Shown here piece by piece: positions 48,819-62,579 of a stretch of 64,000 bases of DNA (position 1 is the first letter of the stretch; the number at the start of each line of letters is the position of its first letter). Made by a program: the position numbers and the translations under genes. Under the pieces are notes generated by a model. The model searched no databases. It was not told where the DNA came from and worked only from the letters and a program-made list of their open reading frames with translations. The DNA lies in NCBI GenBank assembly GCA_001643675.2, contig LSRY02000009.1:248001-312000 (forward strand), given 5' to 3'. This DNA is from Monocercomonoides exilis PA203. Taxonomy: Eukaryota > Protista > Preaxostyla.

Positions 48819-51800
48819 ATGCTTTTATTTTTGTTAATGCAGCTTGTTCAACTGCAGTCTTCAGTATCTTTTTTTTCATTTTTTAATTTTTTTTCTAACT
48901 TCGTATACCCATTTAATCACTTTCCTCAATCAGATAAATTGCAATGTTTGATTTGGAATAAATTAATTTTATGTGATAACTTTTTTTATTGTTTAGATTT
49001 CACTTTTTCAACAATACGAGTCATGTGACAACGGTTATTTTCTTTGCACTACAAATTTCAAAGAAACAGATAACTGCATCTTTTCAAGAAGTTTGTGCTA
49101 TAAAAAAGCAGATGATATGTATAACATGTGCAATCACGAAAATTCCACTTCTTTGCAATCAAAAAAGATCCATCCTCAATTAACATGCATTCATTCATCT
49201 TTAGTGAAAGCGAAACGAGTTTTAAATCAAAGTGAAGTATGTTTGTATTTATTTCATATTCATTAACGTATTGTGATTTTTTATTCAAGTTCCAAAGCGA
49301 TATTGATTGTGATAAAGAAACAGAGGCTTGCATTAAAACATGTGATTCTTCTGAATCCAAAGAAAATTGCTATTTAAAGCGATATGAGTGCATACACACC
49401 GGTTTAAATCATCGCGAAAAGCTGTTCTCACTTTCTGATGCACAGCAGAAGTGCACCAGCAAATGTGAAGCGAATTACACATTATGTGAGGAAGAGTGCT
49501 CTGCCATGCCCAATGCAACTTCGCAGCTGTGCATCAATAAATGCAGCCACATTTTGTTTGTGTGCACTCAAATATGTACAGTGGACGACACCCCACAAAT
49601 GATCTACGGTGTGCAACTTCATATTAATTTAGAATTATTTAAGAATTATTTTTTTAAACAATTTCTTTCAATATCAAATACTTTTTTACCACAATTCTTA
49701 TGAACAAATTCATTTATTCTTTACACATATAATTTCAGAACAATCAGAATGCACAAACGACTGCTACTCGATTTTTGTGGGATGTTTGTCTTTCATCAAC
49801 AATGTGTGCGACCAAAACCAGATCGATCAATGCAAAAATCGTATGTTCTGAACATTCAACGAAATAATATTAAGTGATTCATTTTATTTATTATTAAATT
49901 GTTTGCACTATTTTTTTTTTCAAAATATCTTTTTCACTTCCATATTTTCAGATCGAAATCGCTGCATTGACAAGTGCTCGTCACAAATGAAGCAAACCCA
50001 GAAAGAGAATTACCCTTCTTTTATTGGAGATATCCCTCCTTCTTTAACTTCATCTTCTTCTGCTTCTTTATCATCATCATCATCATCATCATCATCTTCT
50101 TCTTCTTCAGCTTATTCTTTAAATTCAACTTTAACTTCATCAGATCTGCCTCCTTCTCAAACAACAACACATTCTTCTTCAGACGTCATTCAAACTTCTG
50201 ATAAGCAGCCTTCTCAGCAATTGAAGATCAGCTTCAATGAAACACACACAAATCAAACAGTTCGCAATGATTCGACACAGAAAAACAACAACTTCAATGA
50301 ACATTCCGAATTAAGCTCATTTTTGAATGCATCGAATGGAAAAGAACAAACAAAAGGAACAGGCGAAAATGCCACACAAACTCAGATTTCGTCTTTATCT
50401 TCTGAACAAAACATTTTTCAGAAAGAAAATGAAGAAACTTTTTATTCAGTCGAAAAAGAGAAGAATAATCAAAATGGAACAATAGATCAAAAGACAATTG
50501 AAGAAAACAAACATCCAAAGGAAGAATTTTCTGAAAGAGAAAAACCAAAATTTTTGAGCAACAAAACAGAAAGTGAAAATTATCAACCACAAAACACAGA
50601 TCAAAACATGAATCTTCCTCCTTCTTTTGCTGCTGTTCCAAACAAAACGATAATTCATTCACTTCAAAATGAATCTATTTCTTCTTCTTCTTCTTCTTCT
50701 TCTTCTTCTTTGCCTTCATTGACTTCTCCTTCAAACAATGTTTCTTCGTCTTTTGGCAACGAAAATGGAGAAATTCGAAGTGAAATAAGCTCAAAAATGA
50801 ATGTAACAGAGAAAGAAAGCTCCTTCACAGCAACTTCTGAGCCAAAAGAGTCACAAATTTCATCATCATCATCATCTTCTTCTTCTTCAACTTCTTCTTC
50901 AACACAAAATAGATACGAAACCAAAACGCAATCTTTGAATGAAAATTCTGAAGTTCTTGCTTCTTCTGCATCTGAAACTGAAAATAAGAATATTTCTTCT
51001 TCTTCTTCTTCGAATGCTATTTCAACAGAAACAGAAAGATATCCAGCTCAAATTAATCAGAATACACACAAAAAGACATCAGAAGAAACAATTCAAAAAG
51101 AAAACATTTTAATTACTTCAGAAAAACAAGAAGATTCAATTGCTTCAAATCGAAATGAACATTCTTCAGATGAATATCAAACCGAATCATCATCTTCATC
51201 AACATATTCACCATCTTCTTCGAAATCTTCTTCATTGTCATCATCATCATCATCATCATCATCTTCTTCTTCTTCTTTCTCTTCTTCTTCTTTTGATGAT
51301 GAATCAAATGAACAATCAACAAACAAAGAAACATTCGCTCCAGTTGAACTGTCTCGATATGAAACAAAAGCAGAAAATGCACAAAAAACAGCAAAAACTG
51401 CAAAAACCCATCAAAATGAACAAAATATTCAAAATGCCACAAAACTTCAACCAAAAGATGATAAAAGCGACGAAAAAGACGAATTTTCAAAAGTTTCTTC
51501 TTCAAAACAGCTGCAATTCGAACAAACGAATGAAAAAATGATATTTTCTGAGGCAAACACAGAAGTCAACCAAAAACAGACAGAAACTGAGAACCAAATG
51601 TTGTGCCACAAAATGCTCCTTCTTTGCAATTCGCTTTGCCGCTCAGATGAAATATGTGTTTCTGAATGCAAAACAGAAGAGAAAAGATGCCTTGCTTCAT
51701 TCGAAAGGAACCCAAAGATGGTTTGTGATATATTTTTATTTCAAATATTGTCTGAAATATTATTAAAATTATTTTTGACATATTTCTCCTTTTTATTGTC

Positions 51801-52453
51801 TATTAAAAATAAAAAATGCTAATTTTTGCTTTGTTTTTTCTGAATTTTCTTTATTTTCCAATATTTTCTTCTATTTTCCTTAATTATTCCCCCTCCCTGT
51901 GCGTTTGATAGACGATGCCTGAATGCGAAGCCAGCTGTGCGGATTCTCTTGTCAACTGCCAATTTTCCAGTGACAATCCACAGCAAAACGAACTCTGCAC
52001 AAATTTGGCTGAAATCTGCTTGACAAAATGCGAACAACAAGAACCTGAAGTGTGGATATGTCTTTTTTTTCATTGAAAGAAAAAAAGAGAAATTATATTT
52101 GAAATTTCTATTGGAAAAAATAACAAATGTTTCTCTCTTTCCCTCCTTCTCTCTCTCTCTCTCTCTTTTTTTTAATGTAATAATAATAATTATTATTAAC
52201 TTTTCTTTTTCTTTTTTTTCATATTTATTTTATTTTATTTTATATTCATTATTTATTTTCTCGAACACATAATAGCTAACACCTTCTGAAGCGTTGTGTG
52301 TTGTTGGCTACACAGAATGCACAGGAAGATGCAAAGAAACTCATCTGGCTTCGTCGGAGTCGCAAAAGAGATGCGAAAAAAGATGTTTTGAAGAAGGCGA
52401 AGAATGCTTTTACGATGCGCAACAACAGAAGAAGACAGAAAATGTGTGAATAT

Positions 52454-52509
<56 letters not shown>

Positions 52510-55470
52510 CACAGAAAAGATTGTGGAATGAAATGAATTTTTCTTCTTTGAATTGCAATAGTCATACAAATTATTTTTATTATATTGAATTCTTATTTTA
52601 TTTCATTCATAATGTTTATGTTTTCAATCAACTTTTTTCTTTTCTTTTCTTTTCTTTTCTTTTTTTTTAACTTTTCCAAAAGGCTGCAAACTGCGAAAGT
52701 GAATGCACACACATATATGAAGAATGCTATCGAAATTGTGGCGAAAGAAAAGAAAGAAAAGAAAGAAAAGAAAGAAAAGGAAGCAAAAAAGAAGAGAATG
52801 AAATTACAAAATGTCGAGAAGAATGTTACAGCAGCGGGCAGAAATGTCTTGTGGGATGCGAAAAATTGAAGGTATGCTATTTTTTTTTTGAAACCTCATT
52901 TTTTTAAATGATAATTTCAATGTTAAATTTCTTCTTTTATTTTTTTCTTTCAAATTATTATCCACTAATCATGAAACATAACGTGTTATTTCATAAATCA
53001 ATCAACTTCCAATGAACAACAAATAAATAAATAATTTTCTTCGAAATTTTTTATTTTCTTCTTTTCTCATCTGAACCAGCCATCTCAATGTGAATTCAGC
53101 TGCATTGAAGAATTTCATGTGTGCCGTGAAGAATGCATTCAAAATGGAAGAGAAGAAAATGTTTGTTCATCAGATTGCAGCAAAAGGGGAGAAAAATGTG
53201 TGAAAAGATGCGACGAAAGCGAAAGAAAAGAGGAAAGAAATGAAAATTTGGATGAAAAGAAGAAGGAAACAATAAAAGTGAAAAAAGAAAGAGAAGAAAA
53301 TGAATTATCAGATGCTTCAAACACACAAAAGCAGACACAGAAACAAACAGCGTCTCAATCTTCGCATTCTCATCCTCCGATTTCTGAGGCAAAATACACA
53401 TTTACTCCTCCACCTCCTCATCAGACTTCTTCTTCACAACAAACTTCTTCTTCTTCCTCTTCTTCTTCTTCCTCTTCATCAGAACCATCTTCATCATCTT
53501 CTCCTCCGTTTGCTGCAGACATTTCAGCTGAAACGTCTTCGCCTTTCTTCGGCAGCCGTTTTGGGCTGAAGGCAAACACACCGTTGATGGCAGAAGAAGA
53601 AGAAGAAGAAGAAATTAACAAAATAAAAAAAAGGAATAACCAAATGAAAGAGAATAATTTTGAACAGAAAAATCAATTTAAAAATGAAGAAAATGAAAAT
53701 TTTGATGAAACTTCAAATGAAAAAACAGAGTTTTCCACAAAAAGAGTGTTTGAGCCAAATGTGATTTCTTCATTTCCTCCTTCTCTTTCTCACCAGCCTC
53801 TTCTTTCTTCTTCTCATTCTTCTTATTCAGAAAAAGAAAAAGAAACAGAAGAAGAAGAAGAAGAAGATTTGCAAATTCCACCATTATCTTTGAAAAATCC
53901 TTTATCTTCCATCTCTTCTTCTTCTTCCTCCTCCTCTTCTTCTCCTCCATCATCATCATCATCGTCTTCACCATCTTCTTCTTCCTCTTCCTCTTCCTCT
54001 TCTCCTTTAATTTCTTCGCCTCATTCAAAAACGTGTGAAGAAGAGTGTGATGTTGATTATACTGTTTGTGTAGAGAACTGCCAAAATGACAGAAATTGCG
54101 AAAAAAGCTGCCGAAAGGAAAGATTTCAATGTGTTGGCAATTGTTCTGAAACATCTTCTTCTTCTTCTTCTCTTTCTTCTTCTTTTTCCTCCTCTTCTCC
54201 TTCTCCTTCCTCTTCTTCTCCTTCTTCTTCTTCTTCTTCTCTTTCTCAGCACTTATCAGAAGAATCAGCAGAATTTCCACTTTCATCAGAAGTTTTGTAT
54301 GAGAAGCAGGTTGAGTCTTGTTTGAATGTCTGCAACGAACTCAAATTTGAGTGTTTATCCACAACAGAAATAGACAAGTTGATTGGAGTGAATGGAGAAG
54401 AAGAGGAAGAAGAAGGAGAAGGAGAAGGAAGAAAAGAAGAAAGAGAAAGAGAAGGAGAAAGAGAAGGAAGAGGAAGAGAAAGAGAAAAAGGAAAAGGAAA
54501 AGGAAAAGGAAGAGAAGAAGAAGAAGAAGAGTTTGAATTAGGAATGTTTTTTCCTTCGTTGTATCAGCAGAACTTAACTCCGTCTCAAAATTCTGATCAT
54601 TTTAATCATCTTTCATCATCATCATCATCATCTTCTTCTTCTTCTCCTTCTTCTTCTTCTCCTTCTTTTCCTTCTTCATACAAACGTCTTCAAAATCAGG
54701 CTAATCGCATTAGAGCAAGAAAGCGTTTCAGAGAACAGGCAAATCAGGTTGATTATTCGCCTTCTGATGAAAAGGAGAAGAACAATCAAAAATCAAACAC
54801 ATCACCTTCTTCTTCATCGTCATCACCTTCTTCTTCTTCTCCTTCATATTCTATTTCTTCTTCTCCTCTTTCTTTTCCTTCTCCTTCAAACATTTCTTCC
54901 TCTCCTTCTTCTTCTCTTTCTTCTTCTTCTTCTTCTTCTTCTCTTTCTCTTCCATCAGATGAGACACAAATTGTCGAGTTCTGCCGCTCAAAGCACTCAA
55001 AATGTGCTGATTTGTGTCGAAATCCACCTTCTCCCCTCAAAACATGTGTGAGACAATGCGACGATAATCGCGTTCTTTGCTTGGACGGTATGAAGTGAAT
55101 ACAAATAATTGTGATATTTAATATTTATTTCTATTAATTAATTAATTAATTTTATTTATTTATTTTTATTTATTTTTATTTATTTTTATTTATTTATATT
55201 TATTTTTATTGTTTTTCTTTCTTTCTTTTATATATCACTTATTTCGCTAACTTCTCAAATTTTGTCTCATTTATTAATTTGATTTTATTTCATTTATTTC
55301 CATATTTATAAAACATAAATGACATGTGAATATCTCCTTTATGACAACAGACTGTCTTGTTCATCCTTCTGCTGATTGCGAAATGAGCTGCAGAATTAAA
55401 CGAATGGAATGCAAAACGGTTTGTTTATTCAGAATTCATTAAATTTAATCATTAAAATTCTTTCTCTCTT

Positions 55471-55523
<53 letters not shown>

Positions 55524-56460
55524 TTCTCTTTCTCTCTCTCTTTCTCTCTCTTTTTCTCATATTTTTTTTTCTTTTTTTGTTTATTTCCACCAGGAATGCG
55601 AAACCAATCTCCCCTCTTCCCATTCACCCATCACTTCACCCGCTGAAAGCCAATCATCAGACTCACTCTCCACTTCACAGCCAAATGCCCTCTCTTCTTC
55701 TCTTTCTTCTTCTTCTTCTTCTTCATTGATTTCATCATCATCATCGTCATCATCACCTTCTTCTCCTTCTTCTTCTCAATTTCTTTCTCTGTGTCAATCA
55801 CAATGCGCCAATATATTTGAGCAGTGTTCGTCTGACTGCGATGAAAAACAGCTGCGAGAAGAGGCAAAAAAGAAGGAAGAAGCCGAATTTGCATCCAGAA
55901 AGCGCTTTCGAGCAAGCAGAGAGGCATTCAAAAGAGGGGCAGACTCAAAAGAACAAGGAAAACACACAGAAAATGGAAAAGAAGGAGAAAAAACGAATGC
56001 GAATGCGAATGAAAATACGGTTAAAAAGCCGAATGGAACAGAAGTTGAGTCAAAATGTGTGTTTGGCTGCAGAACAAACAGAAAAGCTTGTCTTTTGGAT
56101 TGTCAGCTTTCGTATGGAATTGACGAGACAAAAGACGTTAATGCAGCCGATGACTCATCTTGTAGCTCAAATACTCCGCTGATGGCGAGTGAAAAGGATG
56201 AAATCACAGAAAATGACAATTCCGAGTCTCAAACTGCTTTTCCTCAAAAACATTCACATAATTCATTGTTGGATAACAAATGCCACTTGAGCTGTGATGA
56301 TAGCTATTTTGGATGCACTGAAGCTTGCGATGGATTTCTTCCTTGTGAAGACGTATGCCGTAGAGATAGGAGGATATGTTCTTCTGCCTGTAACAGGCAG
56401 TCACTCGATTTACAAAATTATAAAAGAATTATTGTTGTGAAGAATTTATCTAATGAATGA
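48819..56460 (+). CDS. Large secreted Cys-rich protein (~1900-2000 aa, ~12 exons) made of CxxxC-x(n)-CxxxC modules separated by Ser/Glu-rich spacers
   Basis: Signal-like start MLLFLLMQLVQLQSS. Modules include CEEECDVDYTVCVENCQNDRNCEKSCRKERFQCVGNC and CHLSCDDSYFGCTEACDGFLPCEDVCRRDRRICSSAC. The GT-AG junctions checked keep the frame; some junctions are approximate. Confidence 0.8.
52458..52503. repeat. (GA)n microsatellite, intronic
   Basis: Directly visible; lies inside the intron starting GTGTGA at ~52444. Confidence 0.9.
55459..55552. repeat. CT-rich 12-mer tandem repeat (TTTCTCTCTCTC)n, intronic
   Basis: Directly visible. Confidence 0.85.
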
Positions 56461-56672
56461 AACAATTTTTCTTTCTTTTTCTTTTCTTTTTGTTTTATTT
56501 TTTGTAAATCACATCTTACAAAAAGAAATTTATGCTTTTTTAATTTTTCTGTATTATTTGTTAATTAATTCATTTTGAAAAAGAACAAAAAAATTGATCC
56601 AACCCTTTGCAAAAAACTTATTCAATAAATCATCATTTTTTGCCATTTATTTAAAGTTATTCAACATATCTC

Positions 56673-58809
56673 ATGAACTTTGATGACGAAGATTATTCTT
56701 CCCCCATTCTCACCGATTTCTTTTTTTGTTGGAACTCCGGAAATCAAGTTCTGATCGCCACAACAAAAAAAGATGATAAATCATTGATGCTTTGTGATCC
56801 TCAAAAGGCTTCATCAACACAACCACTAGAAACGAAGTTATATAAAATTCATGAACAAAATAAAATTGATAAAGAGGTTCTGCTTTCAAATTTTTCGATA
56901 TTTTTGTAATAATATTTTCACTCCTTTGCGATTATTCATTTCATTTCAGTTGCTAACGGAGCAATCATCTATTTTACCTTCTATATATATGTCGAAAGAC
57001 ACTCCGTTTGCTTTGGCTACAAAAGCTGTTATTGCATATTCCTCACTTCTCACATCAGCGACCATTTCATTCGGATCTTTAAAGTTACAAGATTCTTCTC
57101 TTTGCAGAACTCCAAAAGAACTTATTGAATACATCATGTGCGTTCGTATTCTGAGTCTTTCTCGTATCTTCTTTTTTATGAGCGCGCCGAAGTTGCAGAA
57201 TTCCCAGTTGATACCATATATATTGAAGCCATTTTCACAGTGGATTAATTCGCATATACCGTTGATGCTTCCTGTTATTATTCTTCCTGATGATGCAACG
57301 ATAACTTCTCCAGAAACGACTACGAAAGAACTGTTTGAAGTAATCGCTCATTTAATATTCAGAGGTAGATTTGAAGAAGGCTGCATGTTTATTGATAAGA
57401 TCACTGAAATATCACATCACAAAGCGTGCAATTCAAAGATGAGTTATGCGATTGATGCTCTTAGCGAGTGTTTGAGTCAATTTCGAAAAGTTCTATTAGA
57501 TTATCCAACAATTGTTAATGAGGAACAGGGAATGACAATGGATGAAGATACCAACATTGAAGTAGCAGGAGCAGAATTCAAAAAGAAAAATGGAGCGAAA
57601 AATTGTTTTACTCTCAAACTCGGAACTTCAAGTCAAGAAGAAGCATTTTTGATAAGCTTTTCGAATTGGAAAAATGAAATTAATGATATTTCATGCCTTT
57701 TCAATGCCGTTTTGGAGAAACAAAATCAAAAATTGAGTCAAAATGGCAAAAGGATCAATCAAATCAATATATTTGGAGCATCTTCAACATCTTCTTCCTC
57801 GACTACAATGACATATGAAGAGTTTGAATCTTCTGTGAAACCTTTTCAGCAGCTTCTTCAGATTATCAGTGCAAAAGATGAAGGCAAAGGAGCAAATGAA
57901 ATGGAAAACAGTTTCAACAACTTCAAAGAAACGTCATCTTTTTATCAAAAAGCTCAATCTTCTGAAGAACATTCACACTTCGACTTGGAAAGTTGGCTTG
58001 CAGATGCACGTAAAGTGTGCAATAGTTGGATGGAATTGCTGCTTTTAGCTCTTCTTTTTGTTCATCCAACAACAAAAGTGCAAGTTCCATTGACCAAAAA
58101 ACAGACAAAATTGAGCTTTTTGGTGAGTGCTTGTTTGGATGCCTTCAGCAGCATTGATGAGCCATCCTCAAATTCTGCTGATCCATTTTCTGTTCAATCA
58201 ACATCTCCAACTTCATCTTTTGAAATGGCTTCTAACCCTTTTGGTTCTTTTGCGCGATCTTCTTTTTCTTCAAATTCGTCTTTTGTGCCTTCGTTTTCTT
58301 CATCTTCACCACTTTCATCATCATCATCATCATCTTCTTCTTCTTTAGCACAGCAACTACAAACAAAGGCTCCTTTCGCAAGAGATGAAGAAGAAGAGCA
58401 CTGGATGAGTATATACGACCCCATTTTCCGTGCAATTGCAGAACAAAATGCAGGAAAAGTGTTGAAACTTGTAACTTCTTCTTCATCATCTTCAAATTTT
58501 GAGGCAAATTCATCAATAGAAAAATCCTCTTTTCCTCAAAATGAACGAAATTTGATGAAACTTCCTATTTCACTTGGAGTTGTTCTTTCTGTTCTGTTTA
58601 GCAATTCTGGTTGGGTATCTTCAGATATTTTGGTGAAGCCTTCACTCACACATCCTTCTGTCTGTATGTGAATCTTAGAGATTTTATATTTTATTTTTAG
58701 AGTTAAAAATCGGAGTTAAAGAAAGAGAGAATTTTTTGATTTACGGCATTTCTAGTATTATTCATATGCTTTTTTATCCCAAAGCACATATTTTGATTAT
58801 CTTTGTAAT

Positions 58810-58840
<31 letters not shown>

Positions 58841-60813
58841 TTTTATTTCTTTCATTCTGAATAGCTCTAAAAGATCAACTTTTATTCAAATTGGCAACAA
58901 CATTCTGCAGTCATGCAACATCTGATGTTTATGTTTTGCTTTCTTCTCTTTCTCCATCTTCTCTTTGCAGCTCAACAACAAACGCTTCTTCTTCTTCTTC
59001 TTCTTCTTCTATTTCTTCTTCTTTTTCGACTTTAACCAATTCAATTTCATCTTCATCAGACGTCCTTGCAAAGCAGATACAATCCAGTCATTTTGAGTTT
59101 TCTTCTTCTCTTTTATCCTCTTTGCTTTCTGTTCATCTTTCTTCTTTTCTTCCGCTTCCTCTCTCTCCAGTTGACCAACTCCCTTTTCACTCTTCCTCCT
59201 CCTCCTCTTCTTCTCTTTCTGCAAATTCTCATTTTCTCAGTCGCATATTCACCATGCTTTGCCAACAGAACATGCTTATGGATCTTTGGAAATGGACAGA
59301 GGTTTGTTATTTTTAATAAATGTTTGATTTTCTGTTGGATTGCAAATGATTGATTGAAAATTTTACTAATGAAAAATTGCTTTTTCTTCGTTTTTTTCCC
59401 TTTGAATTTTTTTATTTTAAACATATTTTTCTGATGCTTTAATTTTTTTATTTGTTTTCACAAAACTCACTTTTTATTGCGCATTTTTTTTTTTTTTTTG
59501 TTTTTCAGTCTTCTGTTGTGTACAACATACGAAATGCACACTTCTTTGAAGCAACTTCACAATTACTCCAATTCATAAGTCTTATTTCACGTGATCTTTC
59601 AGAAATACAATCACATAACCAGAATTCTTCATCGTTTAGTTCGGAAACAGATTCTCAGGATTTGCAAATTTCTTCTTCCTCTTCATCATCTCCTTCTCCT
59701 TTGTCTAACACACACATTTTGTCTTGTTTAATCTCCAAAAGCATCCGACTGTTCATTCACACAGCCAAGTTTGCCCTGATGCTTTTTCTCCACACTTCAG
59801 CTGACAAGATTATGAACAACAATTGCTTGGATTCATTTATTCTTTCACTCGAGCCACTTCTTATCGCTTCAAATAGAACTAATTGCCCTGCTTCTTTCAC
59901 CCCTTCACTACCATTTCAACGCAATCAACAGAGCTCCATTCATTCTGTTGATCCTTTCAATATGCAAATCCGAGCTATTTCTTCACTTCTTCCTTCGCTT
60001 CTGGATATTCCAGCTGTAAAAATACTTTTTGCCTTTCGGAGACTTCAGCTTCTTTTGCATACATTTATTTGTGCTTCAAAGATGCCTCCACAAAAATCAT
60101 TCAGAAATCCTTCTTTTTCGTCTTTTTCTTCAAACTCATTGCAAACGTTTGCTTCTTCTTCTTCTTCTCCAACAATGCCACTTCATTCCACGCAGTCTTC
60201 TTCTGACTTCCTTCTTCCTCTTCCTTTCAATCAAACAGTGCTCAATCTATTACACATTCCAAATGCTGCCCAACTTCAACAGACAAATTTGCATGCTCAG
60301 AACAGTCTCAAAGCCCCATTTCATCAGTTGTATCAATCAAACATCGCTTCATGCTCCACTTCAGCTTCAATTTGTTCTCCTTCCACTTCATTCAATTCCT
60401 CATCAACTTATTCTTCTCTCCTCAGCCAGGCAAAAGAGACAGCGCTGTGGCTGATCCGCTTTCAGTGCAAATATTCTGAGATTAATTCTCAATTCATTCC
60501 TTCTGACTTTGCTTTATGTTCCCTGTCATCCTCAAAGCGAAACGATGAAATGAGAGAGTGTGCTCCTCTGTGTGTTAAAGTTGCAGTGGCTGTGTTAGTT
60601 TCGCGCTATTTGTGCAGCAGCCATGCAGCTTCTCTTTGGAAAGGCGGGAAGATGAGCAGCAGCGAAGTGAGTGAGATTTTGGGCGTTCTGATGCAGGGAA
60701 AGGGATCGTGCTTGGACGAGCAGGCTGAAGCAGAGGAACTGTTTGGTGAGGATGAAATAAGCACTGCTGTGAAGAGACTCACAAGTTATCAGGCAGCTGA
60801 GGTATTTGGGTGA
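56673..60813 (+). CDS. NUP85: Divergent nucleoporin Nup85-like protein (Y-complex)
   Basis: Exons 56673-56876, 56950-58664, 58865-59301, 59509-60813. Blocks FCWNSGNQVL, ILSLSRIFF..PFSQWINSH, IAHLIFRGRFEEG, SWMELLLLALLFVHPTTK and SLKDQLLFKLA match, in order, Nup85 blocks recalled from memory (FDWGPGEML, IWNLCEILF..LLDWVRLH, ILVLQGRLDEA, TWYHFLVTRLLYSNPTVK, MREFLLLEYA). Confidence 0.65.
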
Positions 60814-61426
60814 TTGCTCACTTTAGATAGAAAATTAAAACAAGATACAAAAAGCATCATATCTTCATTTTCAAAGGAATATTCATTGGATGGTTGATCG
60901 AATATGCTAGTACCTTGAAAAATGAAAAAATTATGCTTCATTGAACATTTAACTTTTTGCTTGAAAAATTTAAAATGCTTTTAGATAATTTTACACTCTT
61001 TCAGATGTAAATTCTCTTTTTTTATTTATTTTGAAAATAAATTGATAAATGCTTTTCAAAATCAACAATATTTACATATTTTTTGAAAATAGTACTATTA
61101 TTATAACAGTCACAGCAAACATTCTATCACAAAAATTGCAATTTGAATTTTGAGAATTGAATTCAATGTTAAATTTAATGAAATAACAAATACGAAGAAC
61201 AAAAGGTTATCTTTCACAAAAGCAGGCAAAAATAGAATAAACACAAACATAAAGAAAACTTGAGAAAGATTCAAAACATCCAAAGCAAGTTGTATTATAC
61301 AGAATATTTTTGCAACAGAATAAATATTTATAAAAAATACCTAGAACTGCGTGTTGATAGAAAGTATAAACAAGGTCAAAAAAATTAATATTTCTTTAAA
61401 ATTGTGTCATCTTTTTTCTTTCTTTT

Positions 61427-61677
61427 GGCAAGTGGAGTAGATCCTGGTACCAAGGTGATCCTACCCACTATTTATATCATTTTCATTCTGAAAATCTCTT
61501 CTAGGGTTAACCCTAACCCTAAATTTGCTCGGTAAAACCCTAAACCATCACACTATCCAATATGAAAATGTTTAATTCGTCAAAACCCTAAAACCTTATG
61601 AGCACAATGAGAATAAATAACAAAATTTATTAATTAAGGGCGTTGATCATGTGGTACCAGGATCTTCTCCATTTGCC
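61427..61677. mobile_element. 251-bp MITE with GGCA-ended TIRs and 8-bp TSD, containing telomere-like repeats
   Basis: GGCAAGTGGAGTAGATCCTGGTACCA / TGGTACCAGGATCTTCTCCATTTGCC; TTTCTTTT at 61419-61426 and 61678-61685. Confidence 0.9.
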
Positions 61678-62579
61678 TTTCTTTTTCCTTTTTTTTGGAT
61701 CTTTAACACAATATTGAATAACTGCTTGTTCATTTTTACGGATGAAAGTTTAATTGGGAAAATAATTTGAAAATCGTAATTTTCTTAAAAAACTTGAAGA
61801 ATAATAATTGCCATCGAAAATATTATGCCTTATATAGGAGTACATTTGTGTTGTTATGATGAAGATAAACATTTTTTATAATTATCTCAAGCATTACAGA
61901 ATTTGAACAGACAATGAAATTAATGCTTGTTCTCACAAAAATTCAAAAATTACTTGCCTTTCCATGAGTTTGTTATTTACATCATAATTCATAATCGCAA
62001 ATAATTACATTTTGACAATCATTTATTTTTTAAACTTCAACAACCCGTCAAATTTTCAAACAATTTTACAAAAAAGATTTTTAATTGAACATCACCTGCT
62101 GTTCCCTCCCTGAAAAAATCTCCTCTGATTGTTTAGAAAACAATGTGACTTGCTCAGCTGTTGCTTGATCGTTGATATTATTTTATCTTCTATTTTTGTA
62201 TTCATTCCTTTGAATTAAAAAAGATACAAATGCCGGACTTCACTTTTGTCAGCCTATTTATTTTTCTTTTGATAAGTTCATCTTTTTCTATGTTTATGCT
62301 TTCTTCATTATCTCTCTTTCGTTTTTTCCTTCATTATTCTTCCTCGCCACATCTTGACTTTTCTCATTTCTCATAATTTGCTTCTTTTTCTCAGAATTCA
62401 GTTGATTTCCAACAAATCGTCTCTTCTCTATATTATTTCCACCAAACACATCAACAATCAAAGTACAATATTAAAGAAGTGTTCAATATTTACTTATTTC
62501 TAGCAAATAAGTTGTCTGCTGTTTTGAATTTTTCTGGAAAATTCACAGCTAAAGATAATCGCAAACAACAATAAAAGTT

